From positions 35,402,001 to 35,466,000 of the forward strand of contig JBNRSN020000021.1 of NCBI GenBank assembly GCA_051313645.2: a stretch of DNA of 64,000 nt. The letters are read 5' to 3'. Position numbers and translations under genes: made by a program. Shown here piece by piece: positions 50,725-62,927 of this stretch; the first letter of the stretch is position 1; each line of letters starts with the position of its first letter. The stretch comes from Centroscyllium fabricii. Taxonomy: Eukaryota. The notes below the pieces were generated by a model, which was given only the letters and a program-made list of their open reading frames with translations, did no database searches and had not been told where the DNA came from.

Positions 50725-51485
50725 TCCTGCAGGTTAGGGAGTGCACCCCCGGTGGTACGTTCTGCCGACTGTACTACCCTCTGCCAGGCCCTACGGTCTT
50801 GTTTAATGCTGTTACCATACCAGGCGGTGATGCTCCCCGACAGGATACTCTCAATAGTACATTTGTAAAAGTTGTTTAGTATTTGGGGGGACATTCTAAA
50901 TTTCCTCAGGCTTATGAGATGGTAAAGACGCTGCCGCGCCTTCTTCACCAAGGTGTCTATATGAAGAGACCATGTCAGGTCATCAGAAATATGGACCCTG
51001 ATGTATCTGAATTTACTCACCCTCTCTACTGGGGTTCCATCAATCGTGAGAGAGTTATAGTACCTCTCCTGCTTCCTCGCAAAGTCTACTATCAGCTCCT
51101 TAGTCTTGCTGACATTCAGGAAGAGGTTGTTGTCCTGGCACCACAGTGACCGGTTCTCCACTTCCTTCAGGTAGGCCTTCTCGTCGTTGTTGGTGATCAG
51201 GCCCACTACAACTGTATCGTCAGCAAACTTGACGATGGTGTTGGAGTCATGCGTGGCCACACAGTCGTGTGTGTACAGGGAGTACAGGAGGGGACTCAGG
51301 ACACAGCCTTGGGGGAGGCCCCCGTATTGAGGATGATGGTCGATGAGGTGTAGCTGCCTACCCTCACCACCTGGGGTCTACCCGTCAAGAAGTCGAGGAT
51401 CCAGTTGCACAGGGAGCTGTGCAGTCCTAGGTCCCTGAGCTTGGTGCCGAGCTTGGAGGGGACTATGGTGTTGAAAGCTGAGTGA
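50725..51485 (-). mobile_element. Rex1/Babar LINE RT fragment
   Basis: [46 protein letters not shown]. Confidence 0.9.
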
Positions 51486-51565
51486 TAGTGGGGATCCCAC
51501 CCATTTCCCACATCTTCAGGAAAATTGACCCCGTTGAGTTTTTGATGCCCTTTGTGTGACACTTA

Positions 51566-51920
51566 TGTGGTAAACCACTCTTTCTTGTATATATATCCAC
51601 CCCATTATGTATATATTTGTATTATTGTAATCGTACTATTCACCATGTTGTGCCATAGTTCATTGTGTGCGATTACCTGGACATGCCCATGCTGGCTCCG
51701 CCTGCAACTCCTCCCTCCCGGGACCAGGTACATAAGCGGCCGTCTCCCATCCCCCTGCCATTCCTGGGGATGGTCGACTAGCTGGTGCATGTCCACCTTT
51801 AGTGAATAAAAGCCGAATTGTTTTATCCTCTTAACTACTCGTCCACAAGGTCGTTATTTCGGTCACAATTTTATTCACTAAAGGTGGACATGCACCAGCT
51901 AGTCGACCGTCCCCAGGAAT
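51566..51920 (+). mobile_element. Family B LTR (51566-51867) followed by a 52-nt inverted copy of its own R region
   Basis: 51869-51920 is the reverse complement of 51760-51811 (51/52); no TSD. Confidence 0.92.
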
Positions 51921-53094
51921 AATTGCCCCATCTCTTTCAATTTTATTTGCACACAATTTTCTTCTCCTGCCACCAAAACTTTTCTAGATCTGTCTGTGCT
52001 TGCACCTTCAGTTGTGAATAAACATTCAAATTAAGCTAGGTCAGAGAACTGAGTGATTTGTCCTTGAGATTCAGACAGCATTTGGACCAATTCTAAACGA
52101 GTTCGAACTGACTTGCACCTGATGAGGAGAATTTGCCTGTCAATTATCCCCCAGCCAATGAAGAAACAGATTGATTGGTCATTTGTAGCATCATCTGTTT
52201 GTGAGATGTCATTGGTGGACAATCATTGATACATTTGCCAACATATAAAGACACTACATTCCAAAAATAATTAATTGTGCAAGCGCTTTGGGATGTTTCA
52301 GCATGACAATGTGCTCTGTAAATGTGGAACAGTACTGAAAAACAACTTTTGACAGTTATAGATGCCAGACCATTTGGTATCTGCCGATCTTTGTTTCAGC
52401 AGTGCCCAACCTTCTCTCCCATATTTACCCAGACAGTGCGTTTTAATGCCAATTTGAGAAAATGAAACAGTATGATGTCTTAATTTCCCATCGCTATGGG
52501 ATCTCTAGATGAGATTGTTGAGTCAATGCCAGTTGTTGCAGCTGAATTTGAGGATGGTATTGTACTGTGGGCATGTGTCCCATGTCTACTGGATTGAGAC
52601 TGGCCAAGCTCAAAGCTGTCATGCCATCTGCCTGCAAGGGGTTCCTACGTTCATTCTTATTTTTCGTTTTGTTGTTATTTTTCCCAAGTGCAAGCACATC
52701 CGCCTGTCTGTACTAACCTCTTTAGTCAGGAGAGTGTGATCCATCTCTATCTATAATCAATTCTTGGCTTATTGACTTACCAGGAGGGTAACATCTGAGC
52801 AGTGTTTGACCATCCGGTCCCACAAATTCTAGAATTGCCTCGAATTGATGTGCTTGGTACCAGCCCCTGAACTTGACCGCTCAACCACATTTTGATCATT
52901 ATTGTCTAGTAACTCCTCAGTGATGAAGCTTTTGGTATGTCTCTGTGCTGGAGGTGATTTCTTCCCCTGGACAGTTTTTGCTCCCTTTATACAAGCACAG
53001 AGTGAACCCCCTTGAATAGGGTAGGCCAATCTAAGTCAAAATTGCATCTGCCAGTCAAAAGTCCTATGTTTCCAGTACTGCAGCTCCCCTAAAC

Positions 53095-53424
53095 CAGGGG
53101 TCCCCAATTACCGGGCCGCGGACCGGTACCGGGCTGCGGACCGGTACCGGGCCGTGGATCATTTGGTACCGGGCTGCACAGAAAGAATAAAAACGTTTTA
53201 ATTTTTATTTTATTTCCATTTTATTGACTATCGCAGTCTGCAGGGTGTTTTATTTTGAAAAATGACCACTTCCGTCTGTGCCTCTTTTCCGCACTTGTCT
53301 CAGTCGCAGTTTTTTTCCATGCACCGATAAATTAAGCCCACAAGCTAATTCTTCCCCCCCGGTCCGTGGAAAAATTGTCCTGCATGAAACTGGTCCGTGG
53401 TGCAAAAAAGGTTGGGGACCGCTG
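53095..53424. mobile_element. hAT-Charlie MITE (MER1-like)
   Basis: TIRs caggggtccccaa / ttggggaccgctg; perfect 8-bp TSD ccctaaac. Confidence 0.92.
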
Positions 53425-53692
53425 CCCTAAACCACACCAGATTGATCTTGTTTTGGGCCATCAAAAAACAGTGTGTGTTTGTCAAGCAGTGGCATCACTT
53501 CTAAAAATTGATCTAGCCATCAAGTTTCAAGTCAGTTTCATAAACTTGGAATCAACTGAGTACTAATTGCTGCATACAAGAATAGCATTTAAGAGAGGGC
53601 AGATTTAGTAAGCAGTCACATTTTAGATAATTGTATTTGAGTAATAAGGCTGCAATTTATTCAATAAAAAGGAAACCAGGTTGATGAGAGCA

Positions 53693-54163
53693 GGGAGAGG
53701 CGGTGGCAAAGTGGTTATGTCACTAGACTAGTGAGCCAGAGGCTCAGTAATACTCTGACGATATGAGTTCAAATCCCACCACAGCAGCTGGTGGAATTTA
53801 AATTCAATTCAATTTAATTCTGGAATTAAATGTTAGTCTTCGTAATGGCAACCATGGTACCATTGTCGATTGTTGATAAAACCCATCTGGTTCACTAATG
53901 TCCTGAAGGGAAGGAAATCTCCTGTCCTTACCTGGTCTGGCCGACATGTGACTCCAGACCCACAGCAATGTGGTTGACTCTTAATGCCCTCTGAAATGGC
54001 CCAGCAAGCCACTCAGTTGTAAACAACCGCTACAAAAAACAATAAGACTGCAGCAGTTCAAGAAGGCGGCTCATCACCATCTTCTCAAGGGCAATTAGGG
54101 ATGGGCACTAAATGCAGGCCTAGCCAGCCAGCGATGCCCGCATGCCATCAATGAATTTTTAAA
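53693..54163 (+). mobile_element. tRNA-derived SINE of a third family with a LINE-type tail
   Basis: A box gtggcaaagtgg, B box gagttcaaatccc; tail gttcaagaaggcggctcatcaccatcttctcaagggcaattagggatggg. Confidence 0.75.
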
Positions 54164-54286
54164 AAGGCCATTATACTGAATGAAGATTATAAGAGTATTT
54201 TGATACCATCACTGCAGAATAATAATATCCAACAATTCACAGGCGGGTGTAATAAAGAGAATAGCAGATATCTGAAATAACATAAT

Positions 54287-55010
54287 GGCCCAGAAATTCG
54301 GGTTGGAGGCTTCCCACGGGTGTAAGCCTCCAACCTGCACTTATCTAGCGCACCAGCCGTTGAGCTGCTGGACCGCTTGGAATTGCGATACTGGGTCTCC
54401 TCCAACTAACGGCGCGCAGTGCTTGCGTGTCCCAGTGTCGCAGTTAGTGCGATGCGTCCCCAGGGGTCATGTGGGCCATGGAGAACCAATCGGAGCAGAG
54501 AATGCTCCATTCATAAGTTTGACAGGAAATGCGGTCAAATCTATAAATACTATAAGCCCCCCCAAAAAAACTAAAACTAAAAATAAATGTTAAAAAAACA
54601 TCGCATTTTTAAAATAGCTATAATTACATAACTATTTAAACAATTATTTAAATTGTTGAAAAAATTAATTCTATTTTCTGACGGGGCTAGAAATAAACTT
54701 ACTTTCCCTTACAGGATTTAAAAATAATAAACTTGTGGAAAAAATGTTTTAATTTGAATTAATTCACCACTTACCTTCTTAAAAGCAGGCCTGACGCCTG
54801 CTTTTTAAAAGTGTAAAATCTGCAGACTTACATGCACAGAAAAATCTCTAAAAAGAAATCTAAGTGCAATGCGCATGCGCTGCTGCTCCCGCGCATACGC
54901 TTCACCTCTTAACCCCTTAGTTCAGGGGAAGGGAAGTGTCGGTTTCCCGCGCATTCGTAGTGCATGCACGAAACCGGCACTTTCATGGGGCCTACAGGTG
55001 AGTACTCCCT
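54287..55010. mobile_element. MITE of the ggcccagaa-TIR family (right end lost)
   Basis: Left TIR ggcccagaaattcggg; colinear with 35642-36480. Confidence 0.75.
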
Positions 55011-55038
55011 GTGTATATCATAACTAACAACAGAAAAT

Positions 55039-55438
55039 GCGACACGGTGGCATAGTGGTTAGCACTGTTGCCTCACAGCTCTGGAGACCCGGGTTCAAAT
55101 CCAGCCTCGGGTACTATCTGTGTGGAGTTTGCACATTCTCCCCGTGTCTGCGTGGGTTTCCTCCGGGTGCTCCGGTTTCCTCCCACAGTCCAAAGATGTG
55201 CGGGTTAGGTTGATTGGCCATGATAAATTGACCCTTAGTGTTAGGGGGATTGAATATGTGGGGTTGCGGGGATAGGGTGGGATATGTGTCGGTTCAGGCT
55301 CGATAGGGATCAAGGGATATGGGGAGAGGGCAGGGATGGGGTACTGGGTTTGGATGATCAGCCATGATCGCATTGAATGGCGGAGCAGGCTCGAGGGGCC
55401 GGGTGGCCCACTCCTTCTCCTATCTTCTATGTTTCTAT
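55039..55438 (+). mobile_element. V-SINE (HE1-like)
   Basis: Full-length copy. Confidence 0.92.
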
Positions 55439-55940
55439 GCTGGAAATACTCAACAGGTCAGGCAGCATCTGTGGAGTGAGAAAGAGTGTTTATGTTTCAG
55501 GTGGATGGTTTTTCATCTGACCTGGAAAAAGTTAGTGATGTAACAAGTTTTAAGCAAGTACAGAGATGAGGAAAAAGGGGAGGGGAAAAAGATAACAAAA
55601 GGAAGGTCTGTGATAGGGTGGAAGGCAGGCGAGATTAAATGACAAGAGGGATGATGGTGTGAGGCAAAAGCGGGTGGTAATGGGACAAGTACAGAAACAA
55701 ACAATGGGTCTGGAGGAGTTGTCAGTGACAACAGCAGACTCATTACCAGCATCTGCTGTCGGAAAAACATGGGGAGCAGTGGTTATGATCTGAAATTGTT
55801 GAAGTCAGTGTTGAATCTGGATGGCTGTAAAGTGCCTAATCGAAAGATGAGGTGCTGTTGCTGGAGCTTCCATGGAGCTTCATTAGAACAGTGCAGGAGG
55901 CCGAAGACAGAGAGGTCAGAGTGGAGTGGAGATTTAAAAT
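55439..55940 (-). mobile_element. Penelope-like 3' fragment
   Basis: QQHLIFRLGTLQPSRFN; pLTR similar to 24717-24846. Confidence 0.8.
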
Positions 55941-56193
55941 GACAAACAAAAATGACAGACTCAACATTAAGTGCTCCTCCGAGATCAACAAAGAAACCTT
56001 GGGCCTCCTCTGCCTCAGACTTCCCTTCCCCTCCCTCAATTGTGATTGCCTCTGGACCCCTTCTCTTCACCCACCTTTTGCCAGGCACCATTCCCGAGGG
56101 TTCATGCCAGTGGCCACTTGTGGGCCAAATTCTCGCTGCTACCTGCCAGCCTTCTCATCATTCCCATCGGGTTCAGGTGGGCATCTGTTAAAG

Positions 56194-56588
56194 AAACATA
56201 GAAACATAGAAACATAGAAGACAGGAGCAGGAGTAGGCCATTCGGCCCTTCAATGAGATCATGGCTGATCATCCAAACCCAGTACCCTGTCCCTGCCTTG
56301 TCCCCATATCCCTCGATCCCTATCGAGCCTGCACCGACACACATCCCACCCTATCCCCGTAACCCCACATATTCAATCCCCCTAACACTAAGGGTCAATT
56401 AGGCATGGTCAATCAACCTAACCCGCACATCTTTGGACTGTGGGAGGAAACCGGAGCACCCGGAGGAAACCCACGCAGACACGGGGAGAATGTGCAAACT
56501 CCACACAGATAGTCACCCGAGGCTGGATTTGAACCCGGGTCTCCAGAGCTGTGAGGCAACAGTGCTAACCACTGTGCCACCGTGCTGT
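56194..56588 (-). mobile_element. V-SINE (HE1-like)
   Basis: Reverse-complement copy. Confidence 0.92.
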
Positions 56589-57380
56589 CCCTGAAGATAA
56601 TAATGAGGCACAGGAGTTGAAATTGCTTGGGCCTCGTGCCGATGACTTTATGGAGGTATCCATCCTGGCCCAGCCCCTGCCCTGAGTGAAAATTGGGGGC
56701 TTTAGTCCTCAGGGATAGAAACAGTATATATTCAGAGCAGTATTTTTCTCTAATGCAACAAGACTTGTAAGAGAATTTACAGCCTTTTGTTTATCTCTCT
56801 TATTTCATTGCTTTAAAATAAATCGCTGCATTGTTACCGTCACAGCAAATATCCCTGAGAAAAGTAAAGATTTCAGATTTAAAAGACAGAGAGTAACACC
56901 TCACTTGCCATGGTTCTCACCTCACTGGTACCAGCAATAGCAGTGATCAATGTACCACCTTCTGAACCCAAGTATTATTTGTGACAGAAGATTTTCCAGA
57001 TACAAACATTAGAAACATAGGAGTTCACAGGACAGCAAAATACCATCTGGCCAGCCTCAAACTGCATAAACAGAATACACAGATTCCTGCCAATCTTCCT
57101 CAATTGTATGTCTTGCCAAATACATATCCAATTCTCACTTGAAATTACTGCTGTTACTCTCCACAATCACCTTCCAGAGAAGTCCATGTCAAGCATTCAC
57201 CACTCGCTGCATGAAAGAGCATATCTGATCTCTCTAATCGCCTTACAAAAACAAAATACTGCAGATGCTGGAAATCTGAAATAAAAACAGAAAATGCTGG
57301 AGAAACTCAGCAGGCCAGGCAGCATCTGTGAAGAGGGAAACAGAGTTGACGTTTCAGGTCGATGACCTTTCGGCAAAACT

Positions 57381-57415
57381 GGGGTTCTGACGAAAGGTCA
57401 TCAACCTGAAACGTT
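57381..57415 (+). ncRNA. Minimal hammerhead ribozyme core (Penelope type), interrupted at its cleavage site
   Basis: CTGACGA 57387-57393, helix II aggt/acct, GAAAC-GTT; helix I ggggtt pairs with aactct, now displaced to 58062-58067. Confidence 0.75.
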
Positions 57416-58058
57416 GGGGGGGATTTCGCCGGAAGGGCGGGAACCTGGCGGGGATTGGTCTGGGCCACTTCCGGTCCCGCCCGCCCAAACAGCTGGGAAG
57501 GCCACGCAATTTTAATTTAATTGAGTTGTTAAATCCACGCCGGCGGCAGCGAGAGGTAATTGCCTCAATCGAGTCAGGCTGCAACGTGGCTGCGAGGAGT
57601 TTGATTGACAGTTCCAGCACTGGTTGTTGACAGTTTCCATGGAAACACTCCACTGTGACATCACAGTCAAGTGGAACCAATGGGAATGGTCAAGTGCTGG
57701 TGACTGACAGGTGGGCGGGCAGGCTCCGAATCCTTGACAGCTCGCACCGGCTGTGAGCAAATGTTCAGAGCTGAGTTTTCTCAGTTTTTGCTCACAGCTG
57801 GTGCAGACAGAACGGAGTAACATACTCCTCTAAGGTGCTGGAGGCATGCCAAGCATTTGGCAGCATGTCCTTCACACCTTGAAGGAGAAAGTAATAACCA
57901 GCGCTGTGCTCCCGCTGGGTGAAACCCAGCAGGGTTTAAGGTGACGGGGTTAGGGCGGGAAACCGGGCAAAATGGCTGAGGACCCTTAAACTGGTCCTGC
58001 TATTTTGCCGGCCGGGCCGCCCAAAACCCCGCCTCATGGCCAGATGAAATTCACCCCC
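57416..58058. mobile_element. Harbinger-like MITE
   Basis: TIRs gggggggatttc / gaaattcaccccc; 3-bp TSD gtt; subterminal motifs (ccaaaaccccgcc, ttaag) like Harbinger copies 1 and 2. Confidence 0.85.
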
Positions 58059-58917
58059 GTTAACTCTGTTTCTCTCTTCACAGATGCTGCCTGACCTGCT
58101 GAGTTTCTTCAGCATTTTCTATTTTTATCTCTAATCGCCTTCCCTGTTCTGAGCTTCATGAAAAGTATGACATGGATTAGTTTGTAACTTTATGTATATT
58201 TTGTCCAACTAGGTGGAAAATGAAATGAAGCGTGATGGATATTCTCAAAGAGCAAAACAAATTCACACTTGGATCAAAACATGTTTTTGTTGTTTCGGAT
58301 AGACTGTTGGCACTCCGATATAATTACCTTGAGGGTTGGTGCATCTGTTTCCTCAAACGATTCAAGGTGTTGTGTGAGTCATGTAGAAAGTAGATTATTT
58401 CTCAGCATCATTTTATGTTCACCTGAATTTGATTCAGAAAAATTGATCTGTTCTTTCCTTTATTTACGCCGCCACCTATTAATGATTTTTATTTTCTTTC
58501 ACTGCCCATCTTCAATCAATTTATCTCCTCCCTTTTTAGGTCTCCTCACACGTATGTGTAGCATCTCAAAGATGTGTCTGCACTCGCATTCCAGGTTTCT
58601 GCCAGTGTCACTCACTCTGTAAGTTCACCACTTGAGAGGTAATGACAAGAGACAAGGATGAATCAATTATTTTTCCCATTAAATTTGAAATTTTTCTTTA
58701 CGATTCTCCTTGTATTCTCAGGTGAGAGACTGATACTTAAACTTGGCAAAACCTCTTTGAACAGTCAGTCTCACTTACAAGCTTGTTATCTTAAGTGCTG
58801 GCAGCTGGTCTATTAGTTGGGCATAAGACTCATTGGCATAAAGTATGCAGAACAGCTAAGAATAGGCAAGACCATTCCGTTACTTTATATTCTTTCCGCC
58901 AAACTGAAAACAGTATA

Positions 58918-59263
58918 TAGGTTGAGCACCGTTAATCCGGCACCCTCGGGATCAGGCTGGTGCCGGACCACCGAAAATTCTGAACCACTGAAGGTTCCGG
59001 GGGAGCGCACGGAAGAACACTCCCCGGAGCTCGGACCGTGCGGTAGAACACTCCCCGGGAGGAAGCCCGGGGATAGAACACTTACAAAACCTTAAAAAAC
59101 AGAAGCCCAAATGCCCGACGCCTTTGGCGCTCGCTCACCCTTTGTGGGAAACGGTGGCGCCGCCGAGCGGCTGCTCTGCAAAATGAAGAGCGCCGGTTTC
59201 CAATCGTGCCGGACCACTGAAGTTGCTGGACCATCAGGTGCTGGATTACCGGTGCTCAACCTG
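58918..59263. mobile_element. Tc1/mariner (Tigger-like) MITE
   Basis: TIRs taggttgagcaccgttaatcc / ggattaccggtgctcaacctg; TA flanks. Confidence 0.85.
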
Positions 59264-59275
59264 TATATGCCTACA

Positions 59276-60365
59276 GGGGTGGAGTTTCTGCTAGGTTGTG
59301 CAGTTTTCCCAAAGTCAGCCAAATCAGCGGAAACGATCACGGAATTTCAAGCGCAAGTTACGTCCAGCGCATATCGAGTTTCCGCGATCTTTTGCGCTGG
59401 TTTGAAAAGTATTGCACTGTTAGCCAGCCCTGCCCCCAAAACTAGCCACTCCCCCAGATCGAATCAATGAGCATGGCGAGTTTACAACAATTGCGACTGT
59501 TTACAGCCCTTCGAGGAGGCTCTTCACCTTAAACAGTTTTAATTTAGGCGCAAAGGCACTACAGGTACACAATCCTTTATCCGAAAACCTTGGTTTTTGG
59601 ATTTCGGATAATTTCGGTTTTCGGAATGGGCGCCGAGATCAGCGGTCAGACACTGGCGCCTCCGATCTGCGTGGGTCACGTCGGTCACGTCGGGTCATTT
59701 TTCCCACGCAACTCGGGTCATTACTGACGCCTCTGATCTGCGTGGGTGAGTCTGCTGCTTTTTTATGCCGTTTATGCAGAGAAATAGCGGAGATCAGCGG
59801 TCAGAACGGCGCAAAATATCAGAAATAGCCGAGATCGGGTCATTTTTCACGCGCAACTCGGGTCATTTTGAAATGTCGGTTTTTGGAGCTTTTCAGTTTT
59901 TGGAGTTGTGGATAAAGAATTGTGCACCTGTAGTGGGTACCTTTTAAAAGTTAATTTACTAAGAAACTGACTACTGCACTCCAATAAAACTAATACAGGG
60001 TACATGGTTCTGTGGTTTTTTTTAAGACATTCTCAGTGACTTAAAGTCAGGTTAATCACAGGTGGGGGACTAGACACTGATTAAAAAATGCTTATTTTTT
60101 GTGATAAACCCATTTTCAGCTGTATTAATAAAACTGCACCATGTTACCAATCATAAATACATCAATTAATATTTTTTAATGCAAGTGGGAAGAAAATAAA
60201 CAATTATGTTTTAAAATGCTGCCCGGTTGTGCTGGTTCATGGAAGATTTTACATTTGTGGTTATGCAAATGAGTTTGAGTGTAAACTTGAGCCATAACTT
60301 CACTTCGGAAAAACAGAGCAATTTATGCCCAGATTGCCGATTACTCCCAAAGCAGAGACTCTCTG
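59276..60365. mobile_element. Old Harbinger-like MITE hosting a mariner MITE (right end uncertain)
   Basis: Left ggggtggagtttctgct; decayed right agcagagactctc. Confidence 0.4.
59562..59930. mobile_element. Tc1/mariner (pogo/Tigger-like) MITE
   Basis: TIRs caggtacacaatcctttatcc / ggataaagaattgtgcacctg; TA TSD. Confidence 0.88.
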
Positions 60366-60387
60366 AGATAAGGTTCAACTAATCATA

Positions 60388-60810
60388 AATTTACATTTAT
60401 ATAGCATTTTATCACATCTACTAAAAATATTTCCAAGCACTTCACAGGCAACAATTGCTGTTATCATGGAGACAGATTCAACAGCCATTTTGTGCATACC
60501 AAGATCGCATAAACAGCAAAGGGATGAATGTTGGTCTCTTTTGTTGGTGTTTGATGAGGGAGAATTGTCGACCAGGCCACTGGGTGAACTCTGGCTATTT
60601 GAATAATATCATGGGATCTTTAACGTCTATACAAACCACTGGAATGGACAGGAAAGACCACAGTTTAATAACTGATCTAAGAGATGGCATCTCAACAATG
60701 CAACACTCCCTGAGGAAGACACTGAAGTGTGTTCAAGTGCTGGAGGGGAGCTTGAACCCACAACCTTCTGGCTGTGAAGTGAAAATATTACCAACCGAGT
60801 TAGAATGACA
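60388..60810 (-). mobile_element. Highly diverged DeuSINE copy
   Basis: Colinear with 33715-34170 (catttatatagc...gaacccacaaccttctg). Confidence 0.7.
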
Positions 60811-61413
60811 GAGATTGCATAGTTAATTGATGTACATGCTGGGTCTGATTAAAATTGAGAAAGAGAGACACTAGTGGGGGGAATTTTCATGTCCCCGTGA
60901 GGCAGGGTTTTGGGCGGGCGGGAGATGAAAATTAGAAAATTTTGGTTCCCGCCCATTCCCCGCCGGATTTGAGTTTTTGGGCGGCCTTTTTTCCCGCCCC
61001 GAATCTTTCCCGCCGGCGCCCGGCGATAATGCTTGTTAAGGTCGTTAAGGGCCTTTAATTAGCATCTGTAATCCCATTTTAAGGGCCCTTAGCAATTTTC
61101 AGGTGTTTCACGCACAAAACCCGCCAAGATAAAACCCGTCAGGTGAAACCCTTGTGTGAACTCAGTGGGAAAGCTGAGTATCTGTGTCCGGTCACTCAAT
61201 GAAGGCTCACATTTAATCAGCCATCATTCGCTTCCGCAAACACATTGTTCTCTCAGTCCTGGGGATATTTGCAACATGCTTCAGCACACCTGTGGAAGGT
61301 TGAATCCTCAAACACTTCTGCAGTGTGACCTGGGAAAGCCCTCTCACTTCCCCCCCCCCCCCCCCCCCCCGCCCTCAGTCAGTGCTTCCTCAGCCGAGGC
61401 TGCCAGCACAGCC

Positions 61414-62567
61414 ATGGGAGCCATTTTCTTCCTTCCCTTCTTGGGATTGCATGATCTCTACCAGGAGCAGATGCGGCTACAGCAGCAACAGCAGCAGCCA
61501 CACCAGGAGTCTGACGGTCCTGCGGACCCTCCGGGGGAAGCATGGGCAAGAAGGCATCGGTACATCCAAGGCCGTCGCCGCAGAAAATACCCCCAAACAA
61601 GGTCTACAGAGTCCAAGCCACCTACCTCAACATGAGTGAGCGGCGGTGCCAAAGGCGACTCCGACTTTCCCGAGAGGCAGTCACAGACATCTGCGCCATG
61701 CTGCAGCCAGAGTTGGAGCCCAGGACACCATGTAGACATGCCTTACCAATGGCCCTCAAAGTCACCACCGCACTCAACTTCTTTGCCTCGGGCTTATACC
61801 AGGAATCAGCAGCCGACATCAGCGGAATCTCCCAGTCAGCCGCACACTCCTGCATCACCCAGGTAACCGATGCCCTCTTTGCCCGTGCCCACAATTTCAT
61901 CCATTTTACCACGGATCGCGCAAGTGTGAGGGCCCGAGCGATTGGAATGTCTCGTCTGGCAGGCTTCCCAAGGGTACAGGGCATCATTGACTGCACACAT
62001 GTGGCCCTTAGGGCACCCAACGACAACCCAGTAGCTTTTCTCAACCGCAAGGGCTTCCATTCACTCAATGTTCAACTGGTGTGTGACCACAACAAGGAGA
62101 TTTTGCATGTGTGTGCCAGGTACCCTGGCAGCTGCCATGACTACTTTGTCCTGCGCCAATCAATCTTGCCTACGCTATTCACACCGCCGGACCAGCTTCC
62201 GGGGTGTCTACTTGGAGACAAGGGCTATCCCCTCAGGACTTGGCTCATGACGCCGGTCAGGAGGCCAGCCAATGAGGCTGAGGAGAACTACAACTCCAGA
62301 CACATCTCCACCAGAAGCATTATAGAGCACACCATCGGCTTGCTCAAGATGCGTTTCAGATGCTTGGACAGATCAGGTGGAGCCCTGCAATACACCCCAG
62401 CCAGGGTCTCCAGAATGGTAGTGGTTTGCTGTCAACTTCACAACATGGCACAGCGCCATAGCTTGCAACCTCCTGATCAGTTGGCCCATCTTTTCTTTGC
62501 CCACCTCCATCCTTTTAAAGTTTTGTTTGTGTTAAAGTTCAGCCCTGAGGCGTATTTGCTGGTGTAG
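61414..62567 (+). pseudogene. Harbinger DDE transposase: one frameshift near 61595, C-terminus replaced by the deletion
   Basis: Continuous [12 protein letters not shown]...TALNFFASG...IDCTH...GDKGY...IEHTIG...CCQLHN. Confidence 0.92.
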
Positions 62568-62927
62568 CGAAAACATCAGGTGGTTTGTTCAGTTAACCTG
62601 GTCATCCTTTGGACCACACATCGGTCATACAGTCCCTCTGTTCGCTGGTGTGCATCACCATGAAGGTAGGCCGATATCAAGGACCTTCACTGTTAACCAT
62701 TGAGCTGCATTCTGTTATTGAACCTCATGCATCTTGCTGTAAGTCCTTCTGCCATGTTGCGTCTGCATCCTTGCATATCTGTGAGGCCTGCCCGATTGCT
62801 GTCCAGCTTCGCAAGATGTCAGACATGACAACTGCATCAGGTGGCACCTGCAGTGGTCTGCTGTCTGACCACTGCTTTGGAGACCTAACTGACTGTTGCA
62901 CTACCACCCAAGTGACTCCCGTTGTGC

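Larger units (their letters stand above)
57245..58127. mobile_element. Short palindromic Penelope pLTR insertion, split by a MITE
   Basis: Arms ~57281-57379 and 57385-57415 plus 58062-58127 are inverted; 14-bp TSD tctctaatcgcctt (57231-57244 / 58128-58141). Confidence 0.85.

Noticed and set aside
51760-51920. miRNA hairpin or MITE
   Set aside because: The loop is the rest of the LTR, the arm ends coincide with the LTR end and the predicted TSS, and there is no TSD.
58269-58622. 117-aa ORF
   Set aside because: AT-rich, non-ATG start, no motif or coherent splice sites.
61542-62567. Domesticated HARBI1 gene
   Set aside because: It lies within a TIR-bounded element present twice, with a frameshift and a deletion.
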